The notes beneath the pieces were generated by a model. It searched no databases, was not told the origin of the DNA, and saw only the letters and a list, made by a program, of their open reading frames with translations. A program made the translations under genes and the position numbers. A stretch of 64,000 nt of DNA from an uncultured virus (IMG/VR IMGVR_UViG_3300037070_004147) (lineage: Duplodnaviria > Heunggongvirae > Uroviricota > Caudoviricetes), in the IMG/VR virus record IMGVR_UViG_3300037070_004147. One strand, 5' to 3'. Below, one piece after another: positions 1 through 9,405 of this stretch (position 1 is its first letter; each line of letters starts with the position of its first letter).

Positions 1-152
1 GAAGAAGACAGCGCCTGCGCGCAAATTAACGCTATGGAGATTTTGCTCCTAATACACCGATAACCCCTCTGTGATGCATCTGAGATAGCGTTTAGCCCTG
101 TGATGGCGTATATGGGATCTCAGGGAGATATGGGGGCAGGAGGGCCCCGAAC

Positions 153-416
153 ATGGGTAAATGGCTCTATGCAGTGGCGTGCGTCTCGATTCTGGCGCTC
201 ATCGGATCCGTCACCATTAGCGAGCTTCGGGCGAATAGTCCCGAGCAGAAGCGAGCCGATATGGAGGTGGAGTGCCGAAGTCAGATCTTGAAGGCCAAGG
301 CCAGGAAGGATCCCAACTACCTAAGAGGCCGGGACATCATGCTCTGCACGGCTGCCGGCGTTAATGTCGGAGAGACTTACAGGGAGAGTTTTCAGGCCTA
401 CCCGGTCAAGGGCTGA
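153..416 (+). CDS. hypothetical membrane-anchored protein
   Basis: 87-aa ORF, N-terminal hydrophobic segment, AGGAGG upstream. Confidence 0.6.
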   Translation: MGKWLYAVACVSILALIGSVTISELRANSPEQKRADMEVECRSQILKAKARKDPNYLRGRDIMLCTAAGVNVGETYRESFQAYPVKG

Positions 417-456
417 CTCCTGACAGCCTACTGACAAAACCTAATGGAGGGACGAA

Positions 457-711
457 ATGGAAGCCAGCGACGAATCCCAGGACGCCGATGCGCGTCGAAC
501 CTTTACAGTGACGATCCCGGAGGAAGGGGTGGAGCATGTTCCGCCGACCCGTGAGGCGTCGCATGCTGAGGTAAATCGGATCAACGAGCTACGTCGCCGG
601 CACAACGAGCGCTTTCCGTTTTTCACGGTGGCTGGAGAGGTGCTAGCTAAGCAGCCGGTTCTCACGCGACTCCTGGCCTCGGCGGGTCCGCTCACTGGCT
701 TGAGGCGGTGA
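457..711 (+). CDS. hypothetical protein
   Basis: 84-aa ORF, GGAGG RBS, directly upstream of terS. Confidence 0.55.
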   Translation: MEASDESQDADARRTFTVTIPEEGVEHVPPTREASHAEVNRINELRRRHNERFPFFTVAGEVLAKQPVLTRLLASAGPLTGLRR

Positions 712-717
712 CGGCCG

Positions 718-1218
718 ATGGCGCGACCGCGTAAGACTACCCGAGTCGACGGCGCCCAGGAGCTAACTCAGTTGGTGAGGGAGACAAAGGCGGCCGCGTT
801 CACGCCTATCCTGCCACCAGCATCGGTGCCGCTCGAGAAGGCAGACCTACCCTTCTTCCACGCCATCATCGACGAGTTCACCCGCGCGGAGTGGTCCGAC
901 CATCAGCTGCAGGTTGCAGCCATGCTCGCCAGGATCATGCACGAGATGGTCCTCGACCAGATCCGCCTCCGCGAAGAGGGCCCAGTCACGATATCGGCTC
1001 GTGGCCTTCCGATGCCGAACCCGCTTAAAACGTCTATTCAACAGGGCGCGAGTACTATAATATCGCTCCGAAGAACGCTATCGCTGCAAGCTAACTCCCA
1101 CGCCGACTCGCGCACGCTCACGCGCGAGAGAGCCGCTAGAAAGAATATCGAGGGCACGCTAGTAGAAGATGCCGAAGAAGAAGATTTGGATAGCCTCTTA
1201 GCGGGTTCTAATGACTGA
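718..1218 (+). CDS. terS: terminase small subunit (P27-like)
   Basis: MARPRK start; EEGPVTISARGLPMPNP..LRRTLSL pattern typical of P27-family TerS; upstream of terL. Confidence 0.8.
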   Translation: MARPRKTTRVDGAQELTQLVRETKAAAFTPILPPASVPLEKADLPFFHAIIDEFTRAEWSDHQLQVAAMLARIMHEMVLDQIRLREEGPVTISARGLPMPNPLKTSIQQGASTIISLRRTLSLQANSHADSRTLTRERAARKNIEGTLVEDAEEEDLDSLLAGSND

Positions 1219-1464
1219 ATGATCCAACTAACGCAACACGCAGAAGCGCTACTAATGTTTCTCTGCGATTTTGCGGAGTACCCTGAATGGTTCGGCCTCA
1301 AGGGTGGATCATACTTTCAGCCTCTCGCTATTAAGGAGTTATTGCTTGCTGGACTTGTTGAACTCGAGGAACAGAGTGGGCTTGTGTGGCCGACCGACGC
1401 GGGAAGGGCGTTGATCGATGAGATCTTAACCGCGGCGGACGCCGCACAGGCTTCGAGGATTTGA
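1219..1464 (+). CDS. hypothetical protein
   Basis: 81-aa ORF abutting the terS stop. Confidence 0.55.
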   Translation: MIQLTQHAEALLMFLCDFAEYPEWFGLKGGSYFQPLAIKELLLAGLVELEEQSGLVWPTDAGRALIDEILTAADAAQASRI

Positions 1465-1468
1465 ACTG

Positions 1469-1891
1469 ATGGGAATTGCTGAAAAGGGCCGTATTCAGCG
1501 GGCTCTGGGCGTTGCTGGGCTGGTTGCCAGCGAGGCACACGTTACCGCTACTGCGCGTGCTACCGGTGCGACTGATAGCGTAATTCCGGATTATGTTAAT
1601 GCTCGGGTAACCGTGACGGCCAGAGCGACTGATGCCAACGACTGGATCGTTTTGCCGGCTGCTGTCGCTGGCCGGCAGGTCACTGGTTACTCGGCGGTTG
1701 CCCATGAGCTTCGCACCCCTGCTTCCTCTGGCGTGAAGATCAACGACGTGGTTGGTGACGGCACTCAAGAGGCGGCCATTGCGGCCACGACTTTCTGGGT
1801 AGCCTACTGCACCGGCGCCACGACTGGCTGGGTGCTTCGCGCATGGAGCAAGCTGGGCGCGCCGCTGACTGCGATCATTCCGGACGCGTAA
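1469..1891 (+). CDS. putative virion protein
   Basis: A/T/G/V-rich, beta-type composition, in late operon. Confidence 0.55.
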   Translation: MGIAEKGRIQRALGVAGLVASEAHVTATARATGATDSVIPDYVNARVTVTARATDANDWIVLPAAVAGRQVTGYSAVAHELRTPASSGVKINDVVGDGTQEAAIAATTFWVAYCTGATTGWVLRAWSKLGAPLTAIIPDA

Positions 1892-1902
1892 TCTTGTCCT
1901 TA

Positions 1903-2718
1903 ATGCTGCCCCGAGCGTCTCTGGGGCTGACGCAGAATAACCTTACGGCGACGCCTTCGCAGGCAGCGCACGGTACTTCTGTTCCTGCGTCTTCGACGGC
2001 GAACACTAAGAGTTCATGGGTTCAGCTGTTCGCCGCCACCAATTTCGACGTCTGGGGGATCACTCTTTCCCTGGGCGTCGATTCCGCTTCTGCCGCTGTG
2101 AGAAGCAACCTTTATGACATTGGCGTGGGTCCTGCCGCTTCGGAGCAAGTACTTCTGTCTAATATTATGTCAACTGCCGGAGGCAATATTGCTACAAACC
2201 CGCAGTTTCCTATTTTCATTCCAGTATTTATTCCAGCTGGTGTGAGAGTAGCGGCGAGGCATCAGTCTAATGCCTCATCCCAGGGATGCAGGCTTGTAAT
2301 GTTTCTGCATGGCGGCGCCACTTCTCCGCCTTGGGCTGTATTTTCTGGTGGAGACGGAATAGGAGTAGACACCACTGACAGTGGAGGCTTATCGCACACC
2401 GCAGGATCTACTGGCGTAGAGAGCACGTGGACTAACCTTGGTTCGACTTTAGCGAGAAGCTATGGGGCTATGCTGCCCATGATCGGCCTGGGCACCGACT
2501 CCAACTTGGCCAGCGGTGTGTATCATGCTGAATTCGGTATTGGCTCCACTACGATGGCCGAATATATGTTCGGAACATCATCGACCGAATATATCACTTG
2601 TCTTATGCCCAACATCCCGTTTTACGGAAACTTCCCTGCCGGAACGCAAATGCAGGTAAGGGCAGAATGCAGCGGCGCGGCAGATGACTTGGATTATGCT
2701 TTATTGGGGTTGTATTGA
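1903..2718 (+). CDS. putative virion protein with internally duplicated domain
   Basis: Both halves end in similar motifs (IPAGVRVAAR / FPAGTQMQVR); start moved to ATG 1903 after the previous stop. Confidence 0.6.
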   Translation: MLPRASLGLTQNNLTATPSQAAHGTSVPASSTANTKSSWVQLFAATNFDVWGITLSLGVDSASAAVRSNLYDIGVGPAASEQVLLSNIMSTAGGNIATNPQFPIFIPVFIPAGVRVAARHQSNASSQGCRLVMFLHGGATSPPWAVFSGGDGIGVDTTDSGGLSHTAGSTGVESTWTNLGSTLARSYGAMLPMIGLGTDSNLASGVYHAEFGIGSTTMAEYMFGTSSTEYITCLMPNIPFYGNFPAGTQMQVRAECSGAADDLDYALLGLY

Positions 2719-3072
2719 ATGGCAATCAGTGAGGCATTTTCTGGCAGCGAGACGGTAAGTACCACAGAGTGGTCCTTAACTACCGACACTGCCGGCCCGG
2801 ACGTTGAGACTAGCGATGGTGTGTTTCAGTGTTTCTTGGATCTCAACAATTTAGCTCTCGGCGATAGCTTCGAGTTCAGAATATATGAAAAGGTTCAAGC
2901 CGCTGATACGCAGCGTGTATGCTTTTTCGCCACCTTCAGCCATGCTCAGGGAGCCGATGCTGCTATTGCAGTAGCACCGGCATTAACCTTGATTAATGGC
3001 TGGGATATGACTTTAAAGAAAGTAGCCGGCACTGATAGAGCAATTACTTGGTCTATTAGAAAACTGTCTTAA
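2719..3072 (+). CDS. putative virion protein
   Basis: 117-aa ORF abutting the previous gene. Confidence 0.6.
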   Translation: MAISEAFSGSETVSTTEWSLTTDTAGPDVETSDGVFQCFLDLNNLALGDSFEFRIYEKVQAADTQRVCFFATFSHAQGADAAIAVAPALTLINGWDMTLKKVAGTDRAITWSIRKLS

Positions 3073-3076
3073 TTAA

Positions 3077-4669
3077 ATGTGGGCATTTACTCATAGCCCA
3101 TTAATACTCTTTCAGCCGGCCGCCAGCGGAGCCGTCACTGCGACGGCGGTAATCACAGAGCAGCGAGACACCTCCACGTCCGCTGCCGCCTTGGCGATAT
3201 CCGGATCGGCGACGATTACGGAAGCTGCCAATACCTCGACGTCTGCGGCAACCCTGGCGATCTCCGCCACTCTCACTGCCGCCGAGGTCGTGGACACATG
3301 CTCCGCCCTCGGCGGCATGGTTATCGTCGCTAATGCTTCAATCACTGAGGCGGCCGACACCGGCACCTCAGCCGGCACGCTTCCGATATCTTCTAGCTCG
3401 TCGATTAATGAGACGGCCGACACCCTGACTTCGGCCGCGGCTCTGGCCCTTGTCGGCGGAACGACTAAAGCCGAAGCGGCCGATACCCTCACGTCGGCTT
3501 CGCAGCTGGCCATATCGGCCACCGCCTCGATTAATGAGGCGGTCGACTCCGCTTCCACGCTGGGCCGGCTCGCGATTAACGCTACGTACACCGCTACCGA
3601 GGCGGCGGATACGCTAACGTCGGCGACACTCCTGGCTATCGCCGCTACCCTGACTAAAATCGAGGCTGCCGACACCGCCTCCGCGGTCGCAGCGTTGGCA
3701 ATCTCTGGTTCGGCAACGATTACGGAGGCGGCGAACACCGTCTCATCTGCGGGGCAGCTTGAGCGGCTGGCATCGGCCTCCATCACGGAGGCTGCGGACA
3801 CCCTAACCTCTGCGTCTGTCGTTCCGCTGGTGGCGACCGCGAGCATCACCGAGGCGGCCGATACCGTCTCTGCGGCGGGCGCTGCGGCCCAGGCAAGCCT
3901 TGGCGCGGTGTCGGTGACAGAAGCGGCAGACACTGCCACCACAGCGGCTTCTCTGGCGCTCTCTGGGACCCTTACCGCCACTGAGGTGTCTGATACCCTT
4001 AGCGCGCTGGCCGGCGTCGCTGTGGGCGCCTCTGTGGCCTCTACCGAGGCTGCTGACACCCTACTGACATTTTCGGCCCTAGCGCTCTCCGCTACGCTCG
4101 TCCAAACGGAAGCTGCCGACACCCTGGACGCCACGGCTGCGCTGGCAGTTTCCGGCTCTGAGACGACTGCCGAGGCGGCCGATACCCTCACCTCTGCGTC
4201 CCAGCTGGCGCTTTCGGCGACCGCGGCGCTTCAGGAGGCTCCTGACACTTCGCCATCGGCAGCTGAGGTGGCCATCGTCGGTCAGGCGAGCGTCAACGAG
4301 GCTACCGATACCCTTAGCTCTCACGGCGAAACGCTGGCGCAGGGCGGTGCGGATATCATCGAAGCGAGCGATACGCTCGTGGCGTTCGTGTTTGGCGGCA
4401 AGGATCATGAAGATCCTCCCGAATATAGGATGCTTCACTCGGAGGCCGATTACCGTTGGATTGTTGCCTCTCCGGCCGATCGCATGCAATATGCTGTCGC
4501 TGATGAACGAATTGAATTTGCGAGCGCTGATGTCGGCCGCTGGTTATATGCTGTAGCTTCGAACCGTATGTTACATTCTGCGGTGGAAGATCGTTGGCAG
4601 AGTGATGACGCAGAATATCGTTGGTTGCAGGCGGATCCTGAGTACCGACTGATTAGAGGAGCGGCCTAG
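3077..4669 (+). CDS. 21-aa EAADT repeat protein (putative virion filament)
   Basis: About 19-20 repeats like ATASITEAADTLTSAAALAIS; C-terminal ~9-aa Arg-containing repeats. Confidence 0.8.
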   Translation: MWAFTHSPLILFQPAASGAVTATAVITEQRDTSTSAAALAISGSATITEAANTSTSAATLAISATLTAAEVVDTCSALGGMVIVANASITEAADTGTSAGTLPISSSSSINETADTLTSAAALALVGGTTKAEAADTLTSASQLAISATASINEAVDSASTLGRLAINATYTATEAADTLTSATLLAIAATLTKIEAADTASAVAALAISGSATITEAANTVSSAGQLERLASASITEAADTLTSASVVPLVATASITEAADTVSAAGAAAQASLGAVSVTEAADTATTAASLALSGTLTATEVSDTLSALAGVAVGASVASTEAADTLLTFSALALSATLVQTEAADTLDATAALAVSGSETTAEAADTLTSASQLALSATAALQEAPDTSPSAAEVAIVGQASVNEATDTLSSHGETLAQGGADIIEASDTLVAFVFGGKDHEDPPEYRMLHSEADYRWIVASPADRMQYAVADERIEFASADVGRWLYAVASNRMLHSAVEDRWQSDDAEYRWLQADPEYRLIRGAA

Positions 4670-4954
4670 GTGGCGATAAAGACTTGGAAGACTGAGAAGG
4701 ATCCAGGGGAGTTGCTGGATTATGGGTATGATTGGTCGAAGCTTCTGGATCCGGAAGAGGACACCATTGCCGACAGCGAGTGGATTCTTCCAGTCGGCAT
4801 CGACAGCGAAACTGCAACGTATGACGATAAGACTGTAGCGGTTTGGCTTTCTGGCGGTACCCATGGCCAAGATTATGATCTCGTCAACAACATCACGACA
4901 GAGGCTGGAAGGATTCACAGCCAGACTCTGCGCGTCAAGGTGCGTGACAAGTGA
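4670..4954 (+). CDS. putative fibre adaptor protein
   Basis: KDPGELLDYGYDWS..VWLSGGT..ITTEAGR, a recurrent small phage virion family. Confidence 0.65.
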   Translation: MAIKTWKTEKDPGELLDYGYDWSKLLDPEEDTIADSEWILPVGIDSETATYDDKTVAVWLSGGTHGQDYDLVNNITTEAGRIHSQTLRVKVRDK

Positions 4955-6549
4955 GCGATCTGACCAGAGGTCAAAAGGTTATCAGGTTTATTGAAGGCTT
5001 CTGTCGCGTACCTGAGGGTAAGCGAGTCGGACAGCCTATGAAGTTGATGGCTTTTCAGAAGAAGTTCCTTCTGGATGTTTACGATAACCCTCGAGCGATT
5101 ACCTCGCGCGCGTACTTATCGATGCCCAGAAAGAACGGTAAATCTGCTCTGATCGCCTGCATGGTACTAGCTCACACTCTTGGGCCACTCAAGAAGCGAA
5201 ATAGCCAGATTATTTCAGGTGCCCGCAGCAGAGATCAAGCATCTCTTGTCTTCAAACTAGCAGTGAAGATGATCAATCTCCACCCTAGACTAGCGGACAA
5301 GACCGTCTCTCACGTCACGCCATCCACCAAGACTATTACAGGATTGCTTGATAACGTCGAATATAAGGCAATTAGCGCGGAGGCTGGAACAGCGCATGGT
5401 CTATCGCCCGTCGTTGCGATCTTGGACGAAGTTGGTCAGGTCAAGGGCGATTACGATGCGTTTGTGGAAGCAATCGAGACGTCGCAGGGCGCGTACGAGG
5501 ACGAGGCGCTACTCATAGCCATCTCGACGCAGGCGCCTACCGACGGCGACTTGTTTTCGAAGTGGATTGATGACGCGATGTCTTCTGACGATCCCAGGAT
5601 CGTTTGCCACCTCTACACCGCGCCGGAAGGCTGCGACATCATGGACAAAGAGGCATGGCGCGTCAGCAATCCGGCTTTAGGCGAGTTCCGTTCCTATACC
5701 GAGCTTGAGGCGTTTGCGGAGAATGCAGCGCGCCTGCCGTCCAAGGAAAACTCCTTCCGCTGGTTGTATCTCAATCAGAGGATCGACGCGACGGCTCCGT
5801 TCGTTTCGCCATCCATCTGGAAGGAAAATGGCAGCGAGCCGATTCAGAGCTTCAAGGGCTTTCCTGTCTTCTGTGGGTTGGACCTCTCGGAGACGGCCGA
5901 CCTTTCCGCCTTTGTGGCGGTGGCACCAACTCCGTTGGCGCCGTCTGAGACTGGCCCTGAAGAGCTTAACTGGCTCTGGAATGTAAAGCCGGTGTTCTGG
6001 CTTCCAAAGCAGGGCCTGAGAGAGAAGTCTCGCACCGACCGCGTCCAGTGGGACGTTTGGGAGCGCGAGGGCTATCTTAAGACCACGCCAGGGCCCACCG
6101 TCGATTATGCCTTTGTCGCCGCCTACCTCTGGGATTTCTGCCAAGTCAACAATGTGCGCAAGATCGGCTTTGACCGGTGGAATTGGCGGCACTTTAAGCC
6201 ATGGCTGGTCAAAGTTGGCTTCTCTGACGTCCAAGTCGGCGTCGACGGGGTTAATTCCGACCGGGCATTGTTCCAGAAGTTCGGGCAAGGCTACGAGTCT
6301 ATGTCGCCGGCCCTGCGGACGCTCGAGGAAGATCTGCTCAACCGCCGTATGGCGCACGGCAACCATCCCGTGTTAACCATGAACGCGGCTAATGCTACTA
6401 TCGTTTCCGACGAAGCCGGAAACAGGAAGCTCACCAAAAAGAAGAGCCATGGTCGAATTGACGGTATGGTGGCCCTGGCGATGGCGCGGTCTGTAGCTGG
6501 TACCTTTGTCCAGCCCAAGAAGCGCAAGTACCAGATGGTCGTGATGTAG
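4951..6549 (+). CDS. terL: terminase large subunit
   Basis: Walker A PRKNGKS, Walker B ILDE, nuclease motifs GLDLS and RIDGMVA. Confidence 0.97.
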   Translation: MSDLTRGQKVIRFIEGFCRVPEGKRVGQPMKLMAFQKKFLLDVYDNPRAITSRAYLSMPRKNGKSALIACMVLAHTLGPLKKRNSQIISGARSRDQASLVFKLAVKMINLHPRLADKTVSHVTPSTKTITGLLDNVEYKAISAEAGTAHGLSPVVAILDEVGQVKGDYDAFVEAIETSQGAYEDEALLIAISTQAPTDGDLFSKWIDDAMSSDDPRIVCHLYTAPEGCDIMDKEAWRVSNPALGEFRSYTELEAFAENAARLPSKENSFRWLYLNQRIDATAPFVSPSIWKENGSEPIQSFKGFPVFCGLDLSETADLSAFVAVAPTPLAPSETGPEELNWLWNVKPVFWLPKQGLREKSRTDRVQWDVWEREGYLKTTPGPTVDYAFVAAYLWDFCQVNNVRKIGFDRWNWRHFKPWLVKVGFSDVQVGVDGVNSDRALFQKFGQGYESMSPALRTLEEDLLNRRMAHGNHPVLTMNAANATIVSDEAGNRKLTKKKSHGRIDGMVALAMARSVAGTFVQPKKRKYQMVVM

Positions 6550-6562
6550 AGGTGGACGTTTA

Positions 6563-8713
6563 ATGCCGTTTATTGATCTTCTCAAGCGAGGCGAAACGTC
6601 CGCGGCTCTTAACGTGGCGCAATTCGACACCAACTACACGCTGATTGAGAACGCGATCAATCAGCTGGCTGTTACCCACCCTATTCGGCCAGAAGATTAT
6701 ACAACAGGTACCGACGCTGGCAATCTGATAGCCGCGTTTAATGACGGTATCGCTACCGGCCGCCCTGTCCGTCTGGATGGCCTTTATACGATCAGTGCGC
6801 CGCTCACGACGATCTCTATGACCGGCGCTGGCACTCTGTACGTTATGGGCTCTGGCAGGATCCATATCACCGCAGATTTGAACACCACTCCGGCGCTCAC
6901 TATTCACGCGACGTACCCTGCGTCGGTAGCGGTTTCGGCCATCACGGTGGAAAACCATACCTTCCCGACTGGTGACACCTCCACCTCCAGCACGAAGATA
7001 ACGGCATCCGGCCATGGGATTGTTGCCGGTGATATCTTCAAGATCATTGCCGACAATCTGATTTCCAATTCTCCAGATCTGGACGCCAGAGTGGGGCAAT
7101 TTGGGCATGCTGCCGACGTTTTGGGCACCAGCTTTTGGATGGGCGGTCAGCTTTACGATAGCTATTCCACCAACATCCGCGTGGTTCGGGTCCGTAAGGA
7201 GGCTAGGCTTATCTGGGACGGCCCCGGCTTTACCAGTGTCGCCGGGAATGTCTGGGATACCTTGTTCCTCAGGGTTATGGGTTTCGTGCAGCCTAGGATC
7301 CGCACCTGGGTGCGCGATGGCTATTCCACCGGCGTGGACATCAAGTCCTGCCTGCAGGCAGACGTGGACATCGAGATCCTCGGGCTGAAGAATTCCGTTA
7401 CCACCCAGTCGTTTGGCTACGGTGTTCGCGACACCTCGAGCGCCTATAGCCGAGTTCGTGTTCGGTCCATTGACTGCCGGCACGCGTACACGACTAACAC
7501 CGCTGCTGCGACGACCAACGATCAGGCGTATCTTTACGGGCGCACCTTTGGCGCAGTTGTTAGCGGCCTCGCTCTAGGCAACTCGGCTTCTCCGTTCGAT
7601 ACGCACAGCGAAGGCACGGACACTAATTTTGAGAATTGCTCTAGCGGAAATAACTATCTAGGCTCGTCCACAGGCGGACAGGCAATCAGTTTGCGAGGAG
7701 CTAACAATACCGCGACAAGCTGTATTGATCGAAATAGCGCTAACGGCTTCTCTTTCATTTCTGCCGGCAACAACCTCACGGTAGACTGTTCCTTTGTTAA
7801 CTGTCGTTATTATGGTGCAGGAACGGCATTCCGCATCAACGCCTCAGATGGCGTCGGAACCGTGCTCACCCCGAGGATTATCGGCGGAGTCGGCCGTTCC
7901 TCGGCAACAACGATGGTGCAGGCGTGGGATTGCGTAGATGCCGTTATTGACGGCTTGAGGCTTGAGCCGACGGGTTCCTCTGGTCAGGCGATTCTGCTTT
8001 CCGGCAATTCCAACCTGATCGTCCGAAACCTTGTCATTGATCTGCGCAATTACACCGGTTCCAACAACTACCGCGCGTTCGCGTTCAGCACGTCCTCGAC
8101 GGGCAACTCGATTATCGTTGAGAGCGTGAAGGTTATCAATGCTACCGGTAAGTTCCAGGCGTGGCTTAGCCCAGGCTCGAGCAGCGGCTCCCTCACTCTG
8201 GCCAACTTCAAGTCCGATGCGGCTCCGTCGAGCGGTAACGTCATTAACGCCGGCACCGCGACGATCAATATCATTGACGGATGGGCGGTAGCTGGGTCGT
8301 GGACCTATTCAACCGACGTGGCGCAGGTGGATTTCCTTAATCTGGCCTATGACGAGATCAGGGTTATTGCGCGTCTCGTGACCAAGCAAACCACCGGAAC
8401 GCTGAACATCCGCACCTCCACCAACAACGGCTCCACGTTCAGCGCGACATCCGGGAATTACGTAGAGATTGCCGCTGATGGCCAGGAGACTGCCCTGACC
8501 GGAATTCCTCTCCATAACACCAATGCCACCTTGGCTAGGTCCGGCAGCGCGACGATCTCTGGGTCGAGGAACGACCAGAAGAAACAGGTGTACGCCCACA
8601 ACCGCAACGCACTCAGCACGGTCGAACTGACCGGCATTATCAATGCGGTTCGGGTTTATCCCAGCGGCGGCGGTAACCTCACTGGCGGCTCGATTTTGGT
8701 GCTTGGGAAGTAG
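6563..8713 (+). CDS. tailspike/fibre-like protein, probable beta-helix
   Basis: N-terminus shared with the 40158 and 47797 proteins; G/S/T/N-rich beta-helix-like body. Confidence 0.7.
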   Translation: MPFIDLLKRGETSAALNVAQFDTNYTLIENAINQLAVTHPIRPEDYTTGTDAGNLIAAFNDGIATGRPVRLDGLYTISAPLTTISMTGAGTLYVMGSGRIHITADLNTTPALTIHATYPASVAVSAITVENHTFPTGDTSTSSTKITASGHGIVAGDIFKIIADNLISNSPDLDARVGQFGHAADVLGTSFWMGGQLYDSYSTNIRVVRVRKEARLIWDGPGFTSVAGNVWDTLFLRVMGFVQPRIRTWVRDGYSTGVDIKSCLQADVDIEILGLKNSVTTQSFGYGVRDTSSAYSRVRVRSIDCRHAYTTNTAAATTNDQAYLYGRTFGAVVSGLALGNSASPFDTHSEGTDTNFENCSSGNNYLGSSTGGQAISLRGANNTATSCIDRNSANGFSFISAGNNLTVDCSFVNCRYYGAGTAFRINASDGVGTVLTPRIIGGVGRSSATTMVQAWDCVDAVIDGLRLEPTGSSGQAILLSGNSNLIVRNLVIDLRNYTGSNNYRAFAFSTSSTGNSIIVESVKVINATGKFQAWLSPGSSSGSLTLANFKSDAAPSSGNVINAGTATINIIDGWAVAGSWTYSTDVAQVDFLNLAYDEIRVIARLVTKQTTGTLNIRTSTNNGSTFSATSGNYVEIAADGQETALTGIPLHNTNATLARSGSATISGSRNDQKKQVYAHNRNALSTVELTGIINAVRVYPSGGGNLTGGSILVLGK

Positions 8714-8725
8714 CTGGCGTGGAGG

Positions 8726-9004
8726 GTGTTGGTGGACGATCGCGACCCTGGGCGTCAATTCAAGATCAATTATCCGCTCGCGTGGACCATTTCGTTCGCG
8801 CTAGCGGCATGGTTTGCGACGGCTGTTTATAACGTCGCCGACATCAAAAACCGTCTGAGTCGATTGGAGGATATCGCCTCAGGGGTTGATCCCAGCCGCA
8901 CTCTAGTGAACTCCAGACTGATGCACGAGGAAGTTCTCTCTGGCCAGATGGAGATCAAGATGCAAGAGATTAGCCGACGCTTGGACCGGCTGGAGGATCG
9001 ATAG
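8726..9004 (+). CDS. small membrane protein with coiled coil
   Basis: One TM segment followed by heptad-like tail. Confidence 0.55.
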   Translation: MLVDDRDPGRQFKINYPLAWTISFALAAWFATAVYNVADIKNRLSRLEDIASGVDPSRTLVNSRLMHEEVLSGQMEIKMQEISRRLDRLEDR

Positions 9005-9012
9005 CTTTAATT

Positions 9013-9086
9013 TGGCACCGGTGCAGAGAATCGAACTCTGATCTGCGGTTTTGGAGACCGTCGCTCTACCATTGAGCTACACCGAT
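9013..9086 (-). tRNA. tRNA-Trp(CCA)
   Basis: Cloverleaf ATCGGTG..CT CCA AA..GTTCGATTC..G CCA. Confidence 0.92.
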
Positions 9087-9087
9087 T

Positions 9088-9165
9088 TGGTCTGGGTGGC
9101 AGGATTTGAACCTGCGGCCTCCGCCTTCCAAGGGCGGCATTCTAACCAAACTGAACTACACCCAG
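9088..9165 (-). tRNA. tRNA-Pro(TGG)
   Basis: CTGGGTG..CCGCC CT TGG AA GGCGG..GTTCAAATC..A CCA. Confidence 0.92.
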
Positions 9166-9181
9166 GATGTTAGGGTGTTGG

Positions 9182-9257
9182 TGGAGCCGGCGGAGAGATT
9201 CGAACTCCCGACCATCGATTTACAAAAACGCCGCTCTGCCAACTGAGCTACGCCGGC
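9182..9257 (-). tRNA. tRNA-Thr(TGT)
   Basis: GCCGGCG acceptor, TT TGT AA loop, TTCGAAT T-loop; two mismatches in the anticodon stem. Confidence 0.85.
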
Positions 9258-9320
9258 AGCCTTTAGGCTGTCAGCGTCGTAGTCGGTCGAGGTCGCCAGA
9301 GATGCATCGGTGGTCCCTTT

Positions 9321-9398
9321 TGGGAGCGGGGGCCGGATTTGAACCGGCGGCCTCCGGAATATGAATCCGACGAGCACTCCGGGCTGCTCCACCCCGCG
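9321..9398 (-). tRNA. tRNA-Met(CAT), initiator-like
   Basis: CGCGGGGTGGAGCAGC start and 1:72 mismatch as in tRNA-fMet; CAT anticodon. Confidence 0.9.
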
Positions 9399-9405
9399 AG
9401 ATGTC

